From an uncultured Spirochaetota bacterium (GTDB lineage: Bacteria; Spirochaetota; Spirochaetia; SZUA-6; Fen-1364), in assembly GCA_963734545.1 (NCBI GenBank), contig CAVTHO010000003.1, positions 64,001-128,000 on the forward strand: a stretch of DNA of 64,000 nt, given 5' to 3'. This document shows, in pieces, positions 10,484-19,670 of this stretch (the stretch's first letter is position 1; each line of letters starts with the position of its first letter). Made by a program: the position numbers and the translations under genes. A model generated the notes under the pieces. It was not told the origin of the DNA, did not search any database, and worked only from the letters and a program-made list of their open reading frames with translations.

Positions 10484-10945
10484 ATGTTCCACGCCCTCTA
10501 CCAGTTCCTTGGACGGCTTGGGTACACTCACCCCCTCCACCCCATGGTCACGCACATCACGGTCGGGCTCACCCTCGGCACGCTGGTGTTCGCCATAGTG
10601 TCTCTGCTCTTCCGCCGCGTCCGGCTGAAGCTCACCGCCTGGCACTGCGCGGTCCTGGCTGTCGTGAGCGTGGTACCGACGGTGCTCCTCGGTTTGATGG
10701 ACTGGCAGGAGAAGCTCAACGGCGAATGGCTGACTCCGATCGTGATCAAGATGATCCTCGCGGGGTCGCTCTTCGTGTGTCTCCTGGTCGGTCTGCTCCT
10801 GGGCAGGGAGCGCCCGGATGAGCAGAAGGAAGCATCGGGCCGGCCGTGGCGAAGCCCCCGTGCCATCGCCGCGCTCGTGCTCTACGGGGTGTGCGCCTGC
10901 ATCGTCATCGCCCTGGGCTTCTATGGGGGCAGCCTCGTGTACTGA
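10484..10945 (+). CDS. DUF2231-like membrane protein
   Basis: HPLHPMVTHIT start, four TM helices, GFYGGSLVY end. Confidence 0.75.
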   Translation: MFHALYQFLGRLGYTHPLHPMVTHITVGLTLGTLVFAIVSLLFRRVRLKLTAWHCAVLAVVSVVPTVLLGLMDWQEKLNGEWLTPIVIKMILAGSLFVCLLVGLLLGRERPDEQKEASGRPWRSPRAIAALVLYGVCACIVIALGFYGGSLVY

Positions 10946-10971
10946 AAGTGCCCCTTGACAAAGGGGGCCAG

Positions 10972-11008
10972 TGTGCATTTCGATACGATGTATTAATAAA
11001 GATGCAGC
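10972..11008 (+). promoter_or_regulatory. tandem ARG-box-like operators upstream of argR
   Basis: tgTGCATttcgATACGat and taTTAATaaagATGCAgc resemble TGNATWWWWATNCA. Confidence 0.45.
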
Positions 11009-11087
11009 AGGGCGGCATGAAAGACCATTCCACAGGCATCGTTCCGTCCGGGCTCGTCGCAGGCTCCATCGCCAGGTGAGGGGACGA

Positions 11088-11195
11088 GAAACAAATCCAC
11101 CGAATACGGTGGCGGAAACAAATCCACCGAATACGGTGGCGGAAACAAATCCACCGAATACGGTGGCGGAAACAAATCCACCGAATACGGTGGCG
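11088..11195 (+). repeat. 4 x 27-bp perfect tandem hairpin repeat
   Basis: GAAACAAATCCACCGAATACGGTGGCG x4, each with a CCACCG-AATA-CGGTGG stem-loop. Confidence 0.97.
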
Positions 11196-11206
11196 GGAGG
11201 TCCGAT

Positions 11207-11660
11207 CTGAAGAGCCAGGAATCGCGACGACGGCTGATCCACGGGATCCTGCACGCGGAGAAGATCCACAGCCAGGAGGAGCTCCTCAAGCGTCTGGAAA
11301 AGGAAGGAGTCGACGTGACGCAGGCGACCCTGTCCCGTGATCTGAAGTTCCTCAGCGTCTCGAGGGTCCCTGATCACGACGGGGAATACGTCTACACGGT
11401 GGACGCGCCCAAGGAGCCGGCCCAGGACCCCTTCATTCGGGATGACCTGCGGCGGGAGATCGTGAACATCCAGTTCTCGGGGAACCTCGCCGTGGTGAAG
11501 ACCAAGATGGGGCATGCGCCGGGAATCGCGTACGGAATCGACCAGTTGAAGATCCAGGACGTCATCGGCACCGTGGGCGGCGACGACACGCTGCTCGTGG
11601 TTCTCAGGGAAGGGGCGGACCACGCGACAGTTCCTCAAGGCACTCACGGGGGAAGACTGA
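11207..11660 (+). CDS. argR: arginine repressor (start uncertain, 3' frameshift)
   Basis: SQEELL...VTQATLSRDLK, GTVGGDDT; possible CTG start after GGGAGG; C-terminus QFLKALTGED* in another frame. Confidence 0.88.
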
Positions 11661-11799
11661 GACAGCCGTCGGCAGCTTCACTCGCACACGGTCCGCGCCT
11701 TGACCGTGGAGATCGAAAGACGTATTTTTCCGGCCGGTCTCTCACGTGGAGCACCACGCTATGGGCTCCCGGCGTTTCTGCGAAACGCCTGCCGCCCTG

Positions 11800-11872
11800 C
11801 GGGATGTAGCCTAGCGGCTAAGGCGCCTGCTTTGGGAGCAGGAGAGCGGTGGTTCGAATCCACTCATCCCGA
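11800..11872 (+). tRNA. tRNA-Pro (TGG)
   Basis: CGGGATG/CATCCCG acceptor, CCTGC-TTTGGGA-GCAGG anticodon arm, GGTTCGAATCC T-arm. Confidence 0.95.
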
Positions 11873-11985
11873 TTCTTGATAATTCCTTTCTCTTGCTCCT
11901 CTTATCTGATAATGGGTATGACACCTTGAGGGTGTGGGGGCGGAAAAGCGGAAGCACAAAGAGTATTGCCCCGGATCGTTCCTCA

Positions 11986-12843
11986 TTACCGCGCTCCCTC
12001 TTCTGCTTGCCAGCTAACTTCATAAAGCTGGAGGGAGCTCTCAAAGCCTTTGAAATAGGCTTTTTTGCTTACCTTCTTAAAGCTCACGCCGGACGTTGCT
12101 TCGTTTCTTGACAGTTCGTAAATGACGCCTGTAACCAGAATATGTTCTGCTTTGGCACGGTCACAGGTGCGCGCTGCCAGTTGAACCGTCATGCCGAATA
12201 GGTCCATCCCACGTTCTACCGGCTCACCTGCGTTAATACCAATTCGTACATGCAACGGCTTTCTGGGATTACCTTTGTTGAATTCGTGAAAAGATCTCTG
12301 GATGGCCACTGCACTTTTGAGGGAATCGGCAACATCCTTGAAAGAGGCCATGATGCCGTCGCCCGTATGTTTGATCTCTCTGCCGCGATAGGTTGCAAGT
12401 GCTCCACGTATGATTTTGTCATGGCTGTCGAGCAAATCCATGGCAGCCGTATCCCCGATAGCACGTGACATACTGGAGGAGCCTTGCAGGTCGGTGAACA
12501 GAATGCAGCGGAAGGCGCTTCCTATCGGAATATATTCCGTGCCGTTCGGTGATTTTTCTGCTTTGGGGTCCGCATTACGTCCCAGAAAAGCCTCAACGTT
12601 TGTGAGATCGACTTCAATAATATCAGCAGGGATGAGGCCATGCGCCAGACTATGTACTTTCGTAAGTGACTCTTTATCGGGTGCATCGACCAGGCAAAAG
12701 ACGCAGCCACTTTTTTGGTCAAACCAGTAGGTCAGAAAAGAGACTTTATGCTCAGCCTGCATCTCCTCATCTTTTTTGTGAGCAAGCCTCACGTCCTCAA
12801 CGGTCGCGCCCGGAACATTGTGTCGGTCCATGAAAATCGGCAT
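11986..12843 (-). CDS. DUF4242 nickel-binding domain fused to class III adenylate/guanylate cyclase
   Basis: MPIFMDRH...YW...FCLVDAP...H..AHG; FTDLQGSS, KHTGDGIMA, RIGINAG, DLFG..VQLAAR. Confidence 0.88.
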   Translation of the reverse strand: MPIFMDRHNVPGATVEDVRLAHKKDEEMQAEHKVSFLTYWFDQKSGCVFCLVDAPDKESLTKVHSLAHGLIPADIIEVDLTNVEAFLGRNADPKAEKSPNGTEYIPIGSAFRCILFTDLQGSSSMSRAIGDTAAMDLLDSHDKIIRGALATYRGREIKHTGDGIMASFKDVADSLKSAVAIQRSFHEFNKGNPRKPLHVRIGINAGEPVERGMDLFGMTVQLAARTCDRAKAEHILVTGVIYELSRNEATSGVSFKKVSKKAYFKGFESSLQLYEVSWQAEEGAR

Positions 12844-12885
12844 TGATGTATCCTCCTTACCTGATTGAACTCTCAATCACCGCAC

Positions 12886-13167
12886 TCACCAGATCTCGAC
12901 AAGGAGCGGCTGGCCTCCGAGCGCTGAGACCAGGGCTGGATACTGGGTCCGGACGAGTTTCGCGCAATTCCCTGGGGAAGCAACCATGTCCTTTCCCGCC
13001 ATGCTGATCCAGGCGGTGCCCGACAGAACGTGGAGGTGCTGACTGTCGCGCGGGATCCGTAGAAGCTCCCCCGAGTAGAGCGCAAAGCGGAGTGCGCACG
13101 GGGCTTGCCTGGCCGGGACACTCCTCGCTGCATTCTGAATCACCAAAGCAATATCTGCACCCTTCAT
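12886..13167 (-). CDS. DUF2917-like small cupin protein
   Basis: FALYSGELL...LHVLSGTAWIS...D.V..PG pattern; AAAGGAG RBS. Confidence 0.6.
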   Translation of the reverse strand: MKGADIALVIQNAARSVPARQAPCALRFALYSGELLRIPRDSQHLHVLSGTAWISMAGKDMVASPGNCAKLVRTQYPALVSALGGQPLLVEIW

Positions 13168-13241
13168 GGCGATAATCTCCTTTCGTCGTCGATACGAGGC
13201 TTCCAAGCGCCTCGTGCTATCGCAGACGTTCGCATGTTCCT

Positions 13242-13303
13242 CGTTACTCCACCGTTACGGGATTGAGACCCTGGCAGTTACGGAGGCGTTACGGGCGTGA
13301 CGG
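13242..13303. promoter_or_regulatory. heptameric direct repeats, putative SARP operator
   Basis: GTTAC(GG) at 13243, 13254, 13277, 13288 and GTGACGG at 13297. Confidence 0.6.
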
Positions 13304-13367
13304 CCGCTGGTTTTTGATTCCTCGCATCACGTTTCAGCTAGTATATTTGCGACCAGGGCAAGGAATC

Positions 13368-15602
13368 ATGGCGAAGGTTCGTCTGGCGTTTCTGGGTCCT
13401 CCGAGCATCGAGCTTGAAGGGAATCCTGTTCACCTTGACACACGGAAAGCCATCGCCCTCATGGCGTACCTTTCGGTGATTGGAAAGCCGGTCAGCCGCG
13501 ACGCATTGGTCAACCTGCTATGGTCGCGCTATGGCCGCGCAGAGGGGCATGCCGCGCTCCGCCGTACGCTTTCAACTTTGCGCACCGCTCTTGGTCGGGA
13601 AGTCATAGATGCTGAACGGGAAACCGTCTCCCTGCCCGAATTGCCGGATATCTGGATCGATCTGTCGCGATTTCGAGAGTCGCTCGCTCTTTCCATGAGC
13701 CACGCCCACGGACAGCCGGCAATATGCCGGCAGTGTCTTCCCGTGCTCTGCGAAGCCGCGAAGCTGTATCGAGGCGAGTTTCTCCTCGGGTTCACGCTGA
13801 AAGACAGCGTCGAATTCGACGATTGGCAGTTCTTTACCACGGAGAAATATCGGCTGGAGGCGGTGCAAGTCCTGGATCGGCTCGCATTGTGCAGCGCGGC
13901 AGCCGGCGACTTTCGCTCGGCGATTGGCTACGCTCATGAAAGGCTCGGCCTCGATCGACTTGACGAATCGGCTCACGTCATGCTCATGCGGCTGTTTGCA
14001 TGGGAAGGGAACAGGGCGGCCGCAAAACACCAGTTCGAACAGTGCCAGCGGCTGCTGGAAAAGGAGCTCGGCAGTTCTCCGCAGCAGGCAACATTGCGCC
14101 TTGCAGAGTCGATCGCCCAGGGGCGTGTGCCGGACTTGCCAGCATTCGTTGATGAGCCTCGGGTCAAAGGCCGAACGCCCAAGGCGGGCGAGACGATATC
14201 AAGCGAACGATCGCCGAAGAAGCGCATTGCGGTCTTGCCCTTTGCAAACATCAGTCCGGACCCCAACGACGAGTATTTCGCGGACGGCCTGACCGAAGAG
14301 CTGATTTCCGCAGTATCCAAGATCGGGGGCCTTCGGACGATTTCGCGATCGTCCGCCATGCGGTTCAAGTCAACAGGCAAGACCGTGACCGAGATCGCCG
14401 CAGAGCTTCAGGTGGGCGCAGTGGTCGAAGGGAGCGTTCGGAGAGCAGGCAGCCGCGTCCGCATCAGCGTACAGCTCGTTGACGTCCGCAATGACGAGCA
14501 CCTGTGGTCGCAAGACTACGACAGGGAACTGGAAGACATATTCGCAATCCAGAGTGACATCGCCAGCAAGGTTGCCCAGGCCCTGGAAGTCCATGTGCAT
14601 GCCCAGGAACGGGAAAGGATCGAAAAGAGGGCAACCGGGAACATTGAGTCTTACAACCTGTATTTGAAAGGACTCCCTGATCGGGCGAAGGGGACTGAGG
14701 AAGGCTACCGAAGCGCCGTGCGGTACTTCGAGCGGGCGCTGAACGAGGACCCGAAATTCGCCCTGGCGTACGCAGGACTGGCGGAGTGCTACGACCTGAT
14801 GGGGGAAGAAGGGTACCTGCCTCCGAATGAAAGCTTCCTCAAGGCTGAGGATTTCGCTCGCAGAGCCCTGGACCTTGATGATTCCCTTGCCGAAGCGCAC
14901 GCCACCCTCGGCTCGGTCATGAAAACCTACTACCATGACCAATCCGCCGCCGAGCAGGAGTTCGGACAGGCCATTGACCTCAATCCCAACTATGGAAAAG
15001 TCTGCAGCGCATACGGTAACTATCTGGCATGCATGGGGAGACTGGATGAGGCGGTTGCAGAGATCGTCAGGGCGCAAGAACTCAACCCCTTGGCCCTCGA
15101 CGTCAACAGCTGTGCAGCCGTTATCTTCAACTGTTCGAATCAATTCGACAAGTCAGTGGAGGCGTGCAAGAGAATGTTCAGGGTCGACGAAAATTATCTT
15201 CCCGCCTATCGGAATCTCGCGGAAGCCTACTTTGAGAAGTCCATGTACGAAGATGCTATCCAGACACTCCGAAAGGCTGTCCTCCTCTCAAAGGGATCCG
15301 CGTATATCAGAGCCCATCTTGGATTTGCCTATGCTCGCTCGGGAAGAACAGAAGAAGCAAGAGCGCTGCTGCGGGAGTTGGAGCATGAATCAAAGCGCAA
15401 ATATGTCGCACCACTGGCATTTGCGCTCGTGCACTGTGGCCTGAGCGAAAAAACCGAGGCAATCGCGTGGCTCCAAAAAGCCTGTGAGGAGCGCAGCAGC
15501 GCCCTCCTCTCCGTCAAAGTCCGTCCCATGTGGGCAAGTCTCCGCTCCGAACCTGCCTTCTCCCAGCTGTTGGAAAGAATGGGGCTCAGCCCGAGCACGT
15601 GA
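13368..15602 (+). CDS. SARP/BTAD transcriptional activator with TolB-like and TPR domains
   Basis: wHTH (RKAIALMAYL...SRDALVNLLW), BTAD (LYRGEFL...FDDW), IAVLPFAN...YFADGLTEELI, TPR repeats. Confidence 0.88.
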   Translation: MAKVRLAFLGPPSIELEGNPVHLDTRKAIALMAYLSVIGKPVSRDALVNLLWSRYGRAEGHAALRRTLSTLRTALGREVIDAERETVSLPELPDIWIDLSRFRESLALSMSHAHGQPAICRQCLPVLCEAAKLYRGEFLLGFTLKDSVEFDDWQFFTTEKYRLEAVQVLDRLALCSAAAGDFRSAIGYAHERLGLDRLDESAHVMLMRLFAWEGNRAAAKHQFEQCQRLLEKELGSSPQQATLRLAESIAQGRVPDLPAFVDEPRVKGRTPKAGETISSERSPKKRIAVLPFANISPDPNDEYFADGLTEELISAVSKIGGLRTISRSSAMRFKSTGKTVTEIAAELQVGAVVEGSVRRAGSRVRISVQLVDVRNDEHLWSQDYDRELEDIFAIQSDIASKVAQALEVHVHAQERERIEKRATGNIESYNLYLKGLPDRAKGTEEGYRSAVRYFERALNEDPKFALAYAGLAECYDLMGEEGYLPPNESFLKAEDFARRALDLDDSLAEAHATLGSVMKTYYHDQSAAEQEFGQAIDLNPNYGKVCSAYGNYLACMGRLDEAVAEIVRAQELNPLALDVNSCAAVIFNCSNQFDKSVEACKRMFRVDENYLPAYRNLAEAYFEKSMYEDAIQTLRKAVLLSKGSAYIRAHLGFAYARSGRTEEARALLRELEHESKRKYVAPLAFALVHCGLSEKTEAIAWLQKACEERSSALLSVKVRPMWASLRSEPAFSQLLERMGLSPST

Positions 15603-15841
15603 ATGCCGGCGCGGATGGGTTGGTATACATGGACTCGCGCTGAAGAAATTGACTTTCATGATCAACCGAACAAGCGTTTCAGAATGCACTTGTGGCGTTT
15701 TTGAATTTATTCTCAGAAACCCTCCCCCTCCCGAAGGTATGATTCCATTCATTTTGCTGCTGGAAGGTACAGTAGATCTGAGGCTCTCGAGGTTGAGGCG
15801 CTTTCACTTGGTGCGGCTCCGTGCCGGCCCTCGATCGAGCG

Positions 15842-17761
15842 TCACCTCATCAAGATAGTCGACAGGACGGGCACATACGTGACGAGGAGGAGGACCGTCG
15901 CCTGCACGATCAGGAAGGGCCACACATCGCGCACAATGCGGGGCAGGGGTTTCCTGAAAGTGTAGCTCGCGAGGAAGATGTTCATGCCCACCGGGGGGGT
16001 GAGGAAGCCGAGGAGGAGGTTCATGATGAAGATGACGCCGAACTGCAGCGGGGGCACTCCGAAGGCTATTCCCAACGGGATGAGGAAGGGGGAGACGACC
16101 AGTATCGCGGAGAAGATGTCCATGAGGCAGCCGACGACGATCAGGAAGAGATTGAGGAGAAGGAGGAAGACGAACCTGGAACCGACGAAGGCCTGGATCC
16201 AGCCGGTGAAGGCGGCGGGGACGTTCGCGTCGATGAGGTAGAAGGCGAGGCCGCGCGCCGCGGCGATCACCATGAGGGTGCCGCCCACCATGGGGAAAGC
16301 CTTGCCCAGTGCGGCAACGAGCTTGCGTGGACCCAGCTCGCGCTTGATGATCGACTCGACTATCGCGATATACAGGACCGAGAGGGCGCCTATCTCGCGC
16401 AGCCCGGGAAGGCCGGTGAAGTAGAGAACGATGGCGCCCACGGGGACCAGGAGCTCGAGAGCGGCCGGCCCCAGGGCGCCTCTCGCCGCCTTGGGGCTGA
16501 AGGCCCTCTCCCCCTGAGCGCGCCGGGGAGACATGAATACGCCGACGGCGCACATCGCCGCGATGAGGATGACCCCCGGCACGAGGGCTCCCTTGAAAAG
16601 GGAGACGACTGTGAAACCCTGGCCCGGGCTGTAGAGGAACTGGGCGTTGACCCCGTACACGATGACCGCGGCGCTCGGCGGTATGAGAAGGCCAATGTCG
16701 CCGTTCGCGGTGATGAGGCCCCTGCTCCCCTCCTCCGTGAGGCCCCCCGAATGACGGAGGACGGCCGCGAGAATCCCCCCCAATGCGACTATCGTGACCC
16801 CGTTGATGCCGGTAAAGGTGCTGAAGACGGCGCAGGCCAGGACCGCCGCGATGGCCTCGCCTCCCCGGAACCAGCCGAAAAACTCGCGGAACACGGCGAC
16901 GAAGCGCCTGCCCGCCCCTGATTCGGCGAGCAGTATGCCGGCGATGCCGAAGAGGGGGATGGCCGCGATGGAGCCGCCCTTGAGGAGAAAGTAGGCTTCG
17001 CTGGGGGCGAGCTCGATGCAGGCGCCGCTCCCGACGAACAGTATGGCCGCGATCCCGCCGAGCACCGTAAAGACAGGAGCACCGAAGGGCAGGGAAAAGG
17101 CGACGAGAATACCCAGGGGCAGGCCGAAGGCGCCGACGAAGGATTGGACCGAGGCGGCGATGGAGACGAGGACGGCCGGCGCGGAGCCGAAGGCCGCCTG
17201 GGCGAGATTGAGTATGGAGGATACGCCGAGCAGGGAGCCCAGGACGAGCCCCAGCGCAGCGATGGCCATCCGGCCCCGGTGCGGGCCCTCCTCCCGGATG
17301 GTGAAGGCGGCCATGAAGGCGAGGCAGAGGGGCATCATGGCCGCAAAGGCCCTGGTCGGGATGATCCATATACGGGCGCCCGCATCGAAGCCGGTAAAGA
17401 TGAGGGAGAAGGAGGCCCAGAAGAGACAACTCTGTGTCATGACCGCAACGACCTGGCTGAAGGAGGCCAGGGAGGCGCTCAGCCGGCCTTTCCGGCAGTT
17501 TTCGCCCCCGGCGAGAGAGATGTGCCGTTTGCCGAGGGAGGCCAGGGCGGCAGCCGCGAAGGCCAGGACGAGGGTCGCGTGGTCGGCGAGATCGCTGGCC
17601 GGGGCTATGGCCTTCCAGAAGACGCGGGCGAGGACGAAATCCGCCGTCGGGAGCCCGATAATAATCGCGACGGCGAGGGCCGCGATCGCGATCAGGAAGC
17701 CGCGCAGAACCCTGATTGCACCGCTGTCCGGCGGAACAACGAGCGCTTCCTCGTCGCTCAC
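15842..17761 (-). CDS. TRAP transporter fused small/large permease (DctQM)
   Basis: DctQ-like N-terminus; AIPLF, GLLIPPS, GFLTPPVGMN DctM motifs. Confidence 0.9.
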   Translation of the reverse strand: MSDEEALVVPPDSGAIRVLRGFLIAIAALAVAIIIGLPTADFVLARVFWKAIAPASDLADHATLVLAFAAAALASLGKRHISLAGGENCRKGRLSASLASFSQVVAVMTQSCLFWASFSLIFTGFDAGARIWIIPTRAFAAMMPLCLAFMAAFTIREEGPHRGRMAIAALGLVLGSLLGVSSILNLAQAAFGSAPAVLVSIAASVQSFVGAFGLPLGILVAFSLPFGAPVFTVLGGIAAILFVGSGACIELAPSEAYFLLKGGSIAAIPLFGIAGILLAESGAGRRFVAVFREFFGWFRGGEAIAAVLACAVFSTFTGINGVTIVALGGILAAVLRHSGGLTEEGSRGLITANGDIGLLIPPSAAVIVYGVNAQFLYSPGQGFTVVSLFKGALVPGVILIAAMCAVGVFMSPRRAQGERAFSPKAARGALGPAALELLVPVGAIVLYFTGLPGLREIGALSVLYIAIVESIIKRELGPRKLVAALGKAFPMVGGTLMVIAAARGLAFYLIDANVPAAFTGWIQAFVGSRFVFLLLLNLFLIVVGCLMDIFSAILVVSPFLIPLGIAFGVPPLQFGVIFIMNLLLGFLTPPVGMNIFLASYTFRKPLPRIVRDVWPFLIVQATVLLLVTYVPVLSTILMR

Positions 17762-18756
17762 TTGGACTTCCTTGCCTGAACAAGCGCCGCATCCATGGTT
17801 TCCAGAATGTCCGCGGAAAACAGCCTGGCGATGATGCCTTTGCGCTGTTCGGCGATCAGCTCGGCCCATCTGGCCGCGGCATCCGCGGGCTCGGGCAGGC
17901 ACGTGATCCCGTCCAGGGAGGCAATGGCGTCTGCCTCCAGCCTGGCGCTGTCGATGCTGATCTGCCGGGCCGCCTCGCGGATCACCTGCTCGAGCTGGGG
18001 CCTGACATCGGCAGGGACCTTTTCCCACCCCGCCCTGTTGAAGACGATGGCGCCGACAAAGGGCGCGACCTTGAAGCCGGACATGTAGCCGATCCTGCCC
18101 CTGAGCTGGGACCAGAGGCTGGCGATGAAGATCGGGCTCACGCAGGTGGCGTCCACTGTGTTGGAGTTGATTTGGAGAAGGAAGTCGGCGGTCGTACCCT
18201 TGAGGGTCCTCGCCCCCAGGCTCTGCATGAGCTGGTTCACCTTTTCGTCGCCCGGATCGGTGGAAATGCGCAGCCTGGCTATGTCGGAGGGGTAGACGAC
18301 CGGCGATTTCGAGAAATATCGCACCCAGCCGCCCTTGGACAGGGCCAGGACGACGTAGCGCTCGGAGAGTCGGGCTTTCACGAGGGGATCTATGGCCGCG
18401 AGCACTGCTTCGAACTCGGCGTCGTCCCTGATGAAGCAGGGCATTGAGAGGGCAAGGATGTCGGGGTAGAGCTCGGCGAGGCCGTAGCTCGTGAGGAGGG
18501 CCCCGTCAACGCCCAGGCGCATCTTCTGGATTATGTCGGAATCGGTGGCCACACGGGCGCTCGGGGGAAACGCGATCCTGACCCTCCCGCCGGAGACCCG
18601 GGCCAGCTCCGCGGCCAGGCGCTTGAGGCCGAGGTCCCAGGGGCTGTTGGCCGGCACGTTGGCCGCCATCTTGAGGGTCAGGGTCTGGCCCCAGAGCCCG
18701 GCTCCCGAGGCCGCGGCCGCAAGAAGAAGGGTAAGCACGGCGCAGCGCAACTTCAT
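17758..18756 (-). CDS. TRAP substrate-binding protein DctP (TatP type)
   Basis: Signal peptide, LKMAANVPANSPW, SGGRV...IIQKMRLG. Confidence 0.88.
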   Translation of the reverse strand: MKLRCAVLTLLLAAAASGAGLWGQTLTLKMAANVPANSPWDLGLKRLAAELARVSGGRVRIAFPPSARVATDSDIIQKMRLGVDGALLTSYGLAELYPDILALSMPCFIRDDAEFEAVLAAIDPLVKARLSERYVVLALSKGGWVRYFSKSPVVYPSDIARLRISTDPGDEKVNQLMQSLGARTLKGTTADFLLQINSNTVDATCVSPIFIASLWSQLRGRIGYMSGFKVAPFVGAIVFNRAGWEKVPADVRPQLEQVIREAARQISIDSARLEADAIASLDGITCLPEPADAAARWAELIAEQRKGIIARLFSADILETMDAALVQARKSK

Positions 18757-19670
18757 GGCGTCGGTTCTCCTTCGGAAAGGGTGAAGTACTGGCCTGCTTC
18801 CGCGAGGAGGCGGCGGGCGTTCTTCTGTGCGATGACGGTCTCGAGGCGGCTTTCCGGGATAGCGTTGGGGTCTGTGGCGAGGGCTTTGGCCAGGGCGGCT
18901 TTGAAGCCCTCGTAGTCCTCTTTCGGGATGCAGATCGAGGAGGCATAGGAGACGAACAGGGAGGCGCTGCCCCCCTTGGAGTAGGCCAGGGCCTTCTCGT
19001 AGGCTGCCTCGGCCTTGGCGATGTCCCCGCCAAGGTAGCTGGGCATGCCTGCGTAATAGGACAGCCAGATACTGTAGATGGCCCCGCCGTTCCAGCCAGG
19101 GTCGAGCTCGGCCGCTCTGGCAAGGAAGAGGGGCGCCGTGCCGAGGTAGTGGGCGCTCTTGAAATCCAGGGGATTGAGGCCGAAGCCCGCCAGGACCGAG
19201 ACTGCGCTCCAATAGAGAAGGGGGACGTCTGCCTTCTCGAAGAGCGAGAGATCAGCCTGGCCCGCCACGGCGGCCTCGACCAGGCCGGGAGAACGCCTGT
19301 CCAGGGCCCCGGAGAGGAGGCGGAAGGCGCGGCGATAGAGGGCCCCGGCCCTGTCGTACTGGATTTTCTTCTCCTCGAAGCGCTCGTCCGGAAGCGAGGA
19401 GGCGGGGCCCTGGACGAAGGCGTTGCCGTACATGACATACAAGGAGGCAGCCGTGACGACCTTGTCCTGGTTCCCTGGATCGGCCTCGAGGAGGGCCTCC
19501 GCCGCCATCATGAAAGTGGGCAGGGCGGCCGCTGCGAGCTCGGGGTCCTCCTCGCTCGAGAGGACGGTCTGCAGCTTGGACGCGGCTCCCATGACGGCAC
19601 AGGAGCCGAGCACGACAACCGCTGCCAGCACAACCGCGCAAAGGCGGAGCGAGCTCGCAGGCTTTTTCAT
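18753..19670 (-). CDS. TRAP transporter T component lipoprotein (TatT)
   Basis: Lipobox LGSC, EEDPELAAAALP, LYVMYGNAFV, LGGD...KAL. Confidence 0.85.
   Translation of the reverse strand: MKKPASSLRLCAVVLAAVVVLGSCAVMGAASKLQTVLSSEEDPELAAAALPTFMMAAEALLEADPGNQDKVVTAASLYVMYGNAFVQGPASSLPDERFEEKKIQYDRAGALYRRAFRLLSGALDRRSPGLVEAAVAGQADLSLFEKADVPLLYWSAVSVLAGFGLNPLDFKSAHYLGTAPLFLARAAELDPGWNGGAIYSIWLSYYAGMPSYLGGDIAKAEAAYEKALAYSKGGSASLFVSYASSICIPKEDYEGFKAALAKALATDPNAIPESRLETVIAQKNARRLLAEAGQYFTLSEGEPTP

Noticed and set aside
11088-11195. CRISPR array
   Set aside because: Units are contiguous and identical with no unique spacers, and there are no cas genes in the window.
10971-11210. Arg-rich leader peptide for argR attenuation
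   Set aside because: No clear RBS, the start lies inside the operator region, and Arg-rich off-frames are common in GC-rich DNA.
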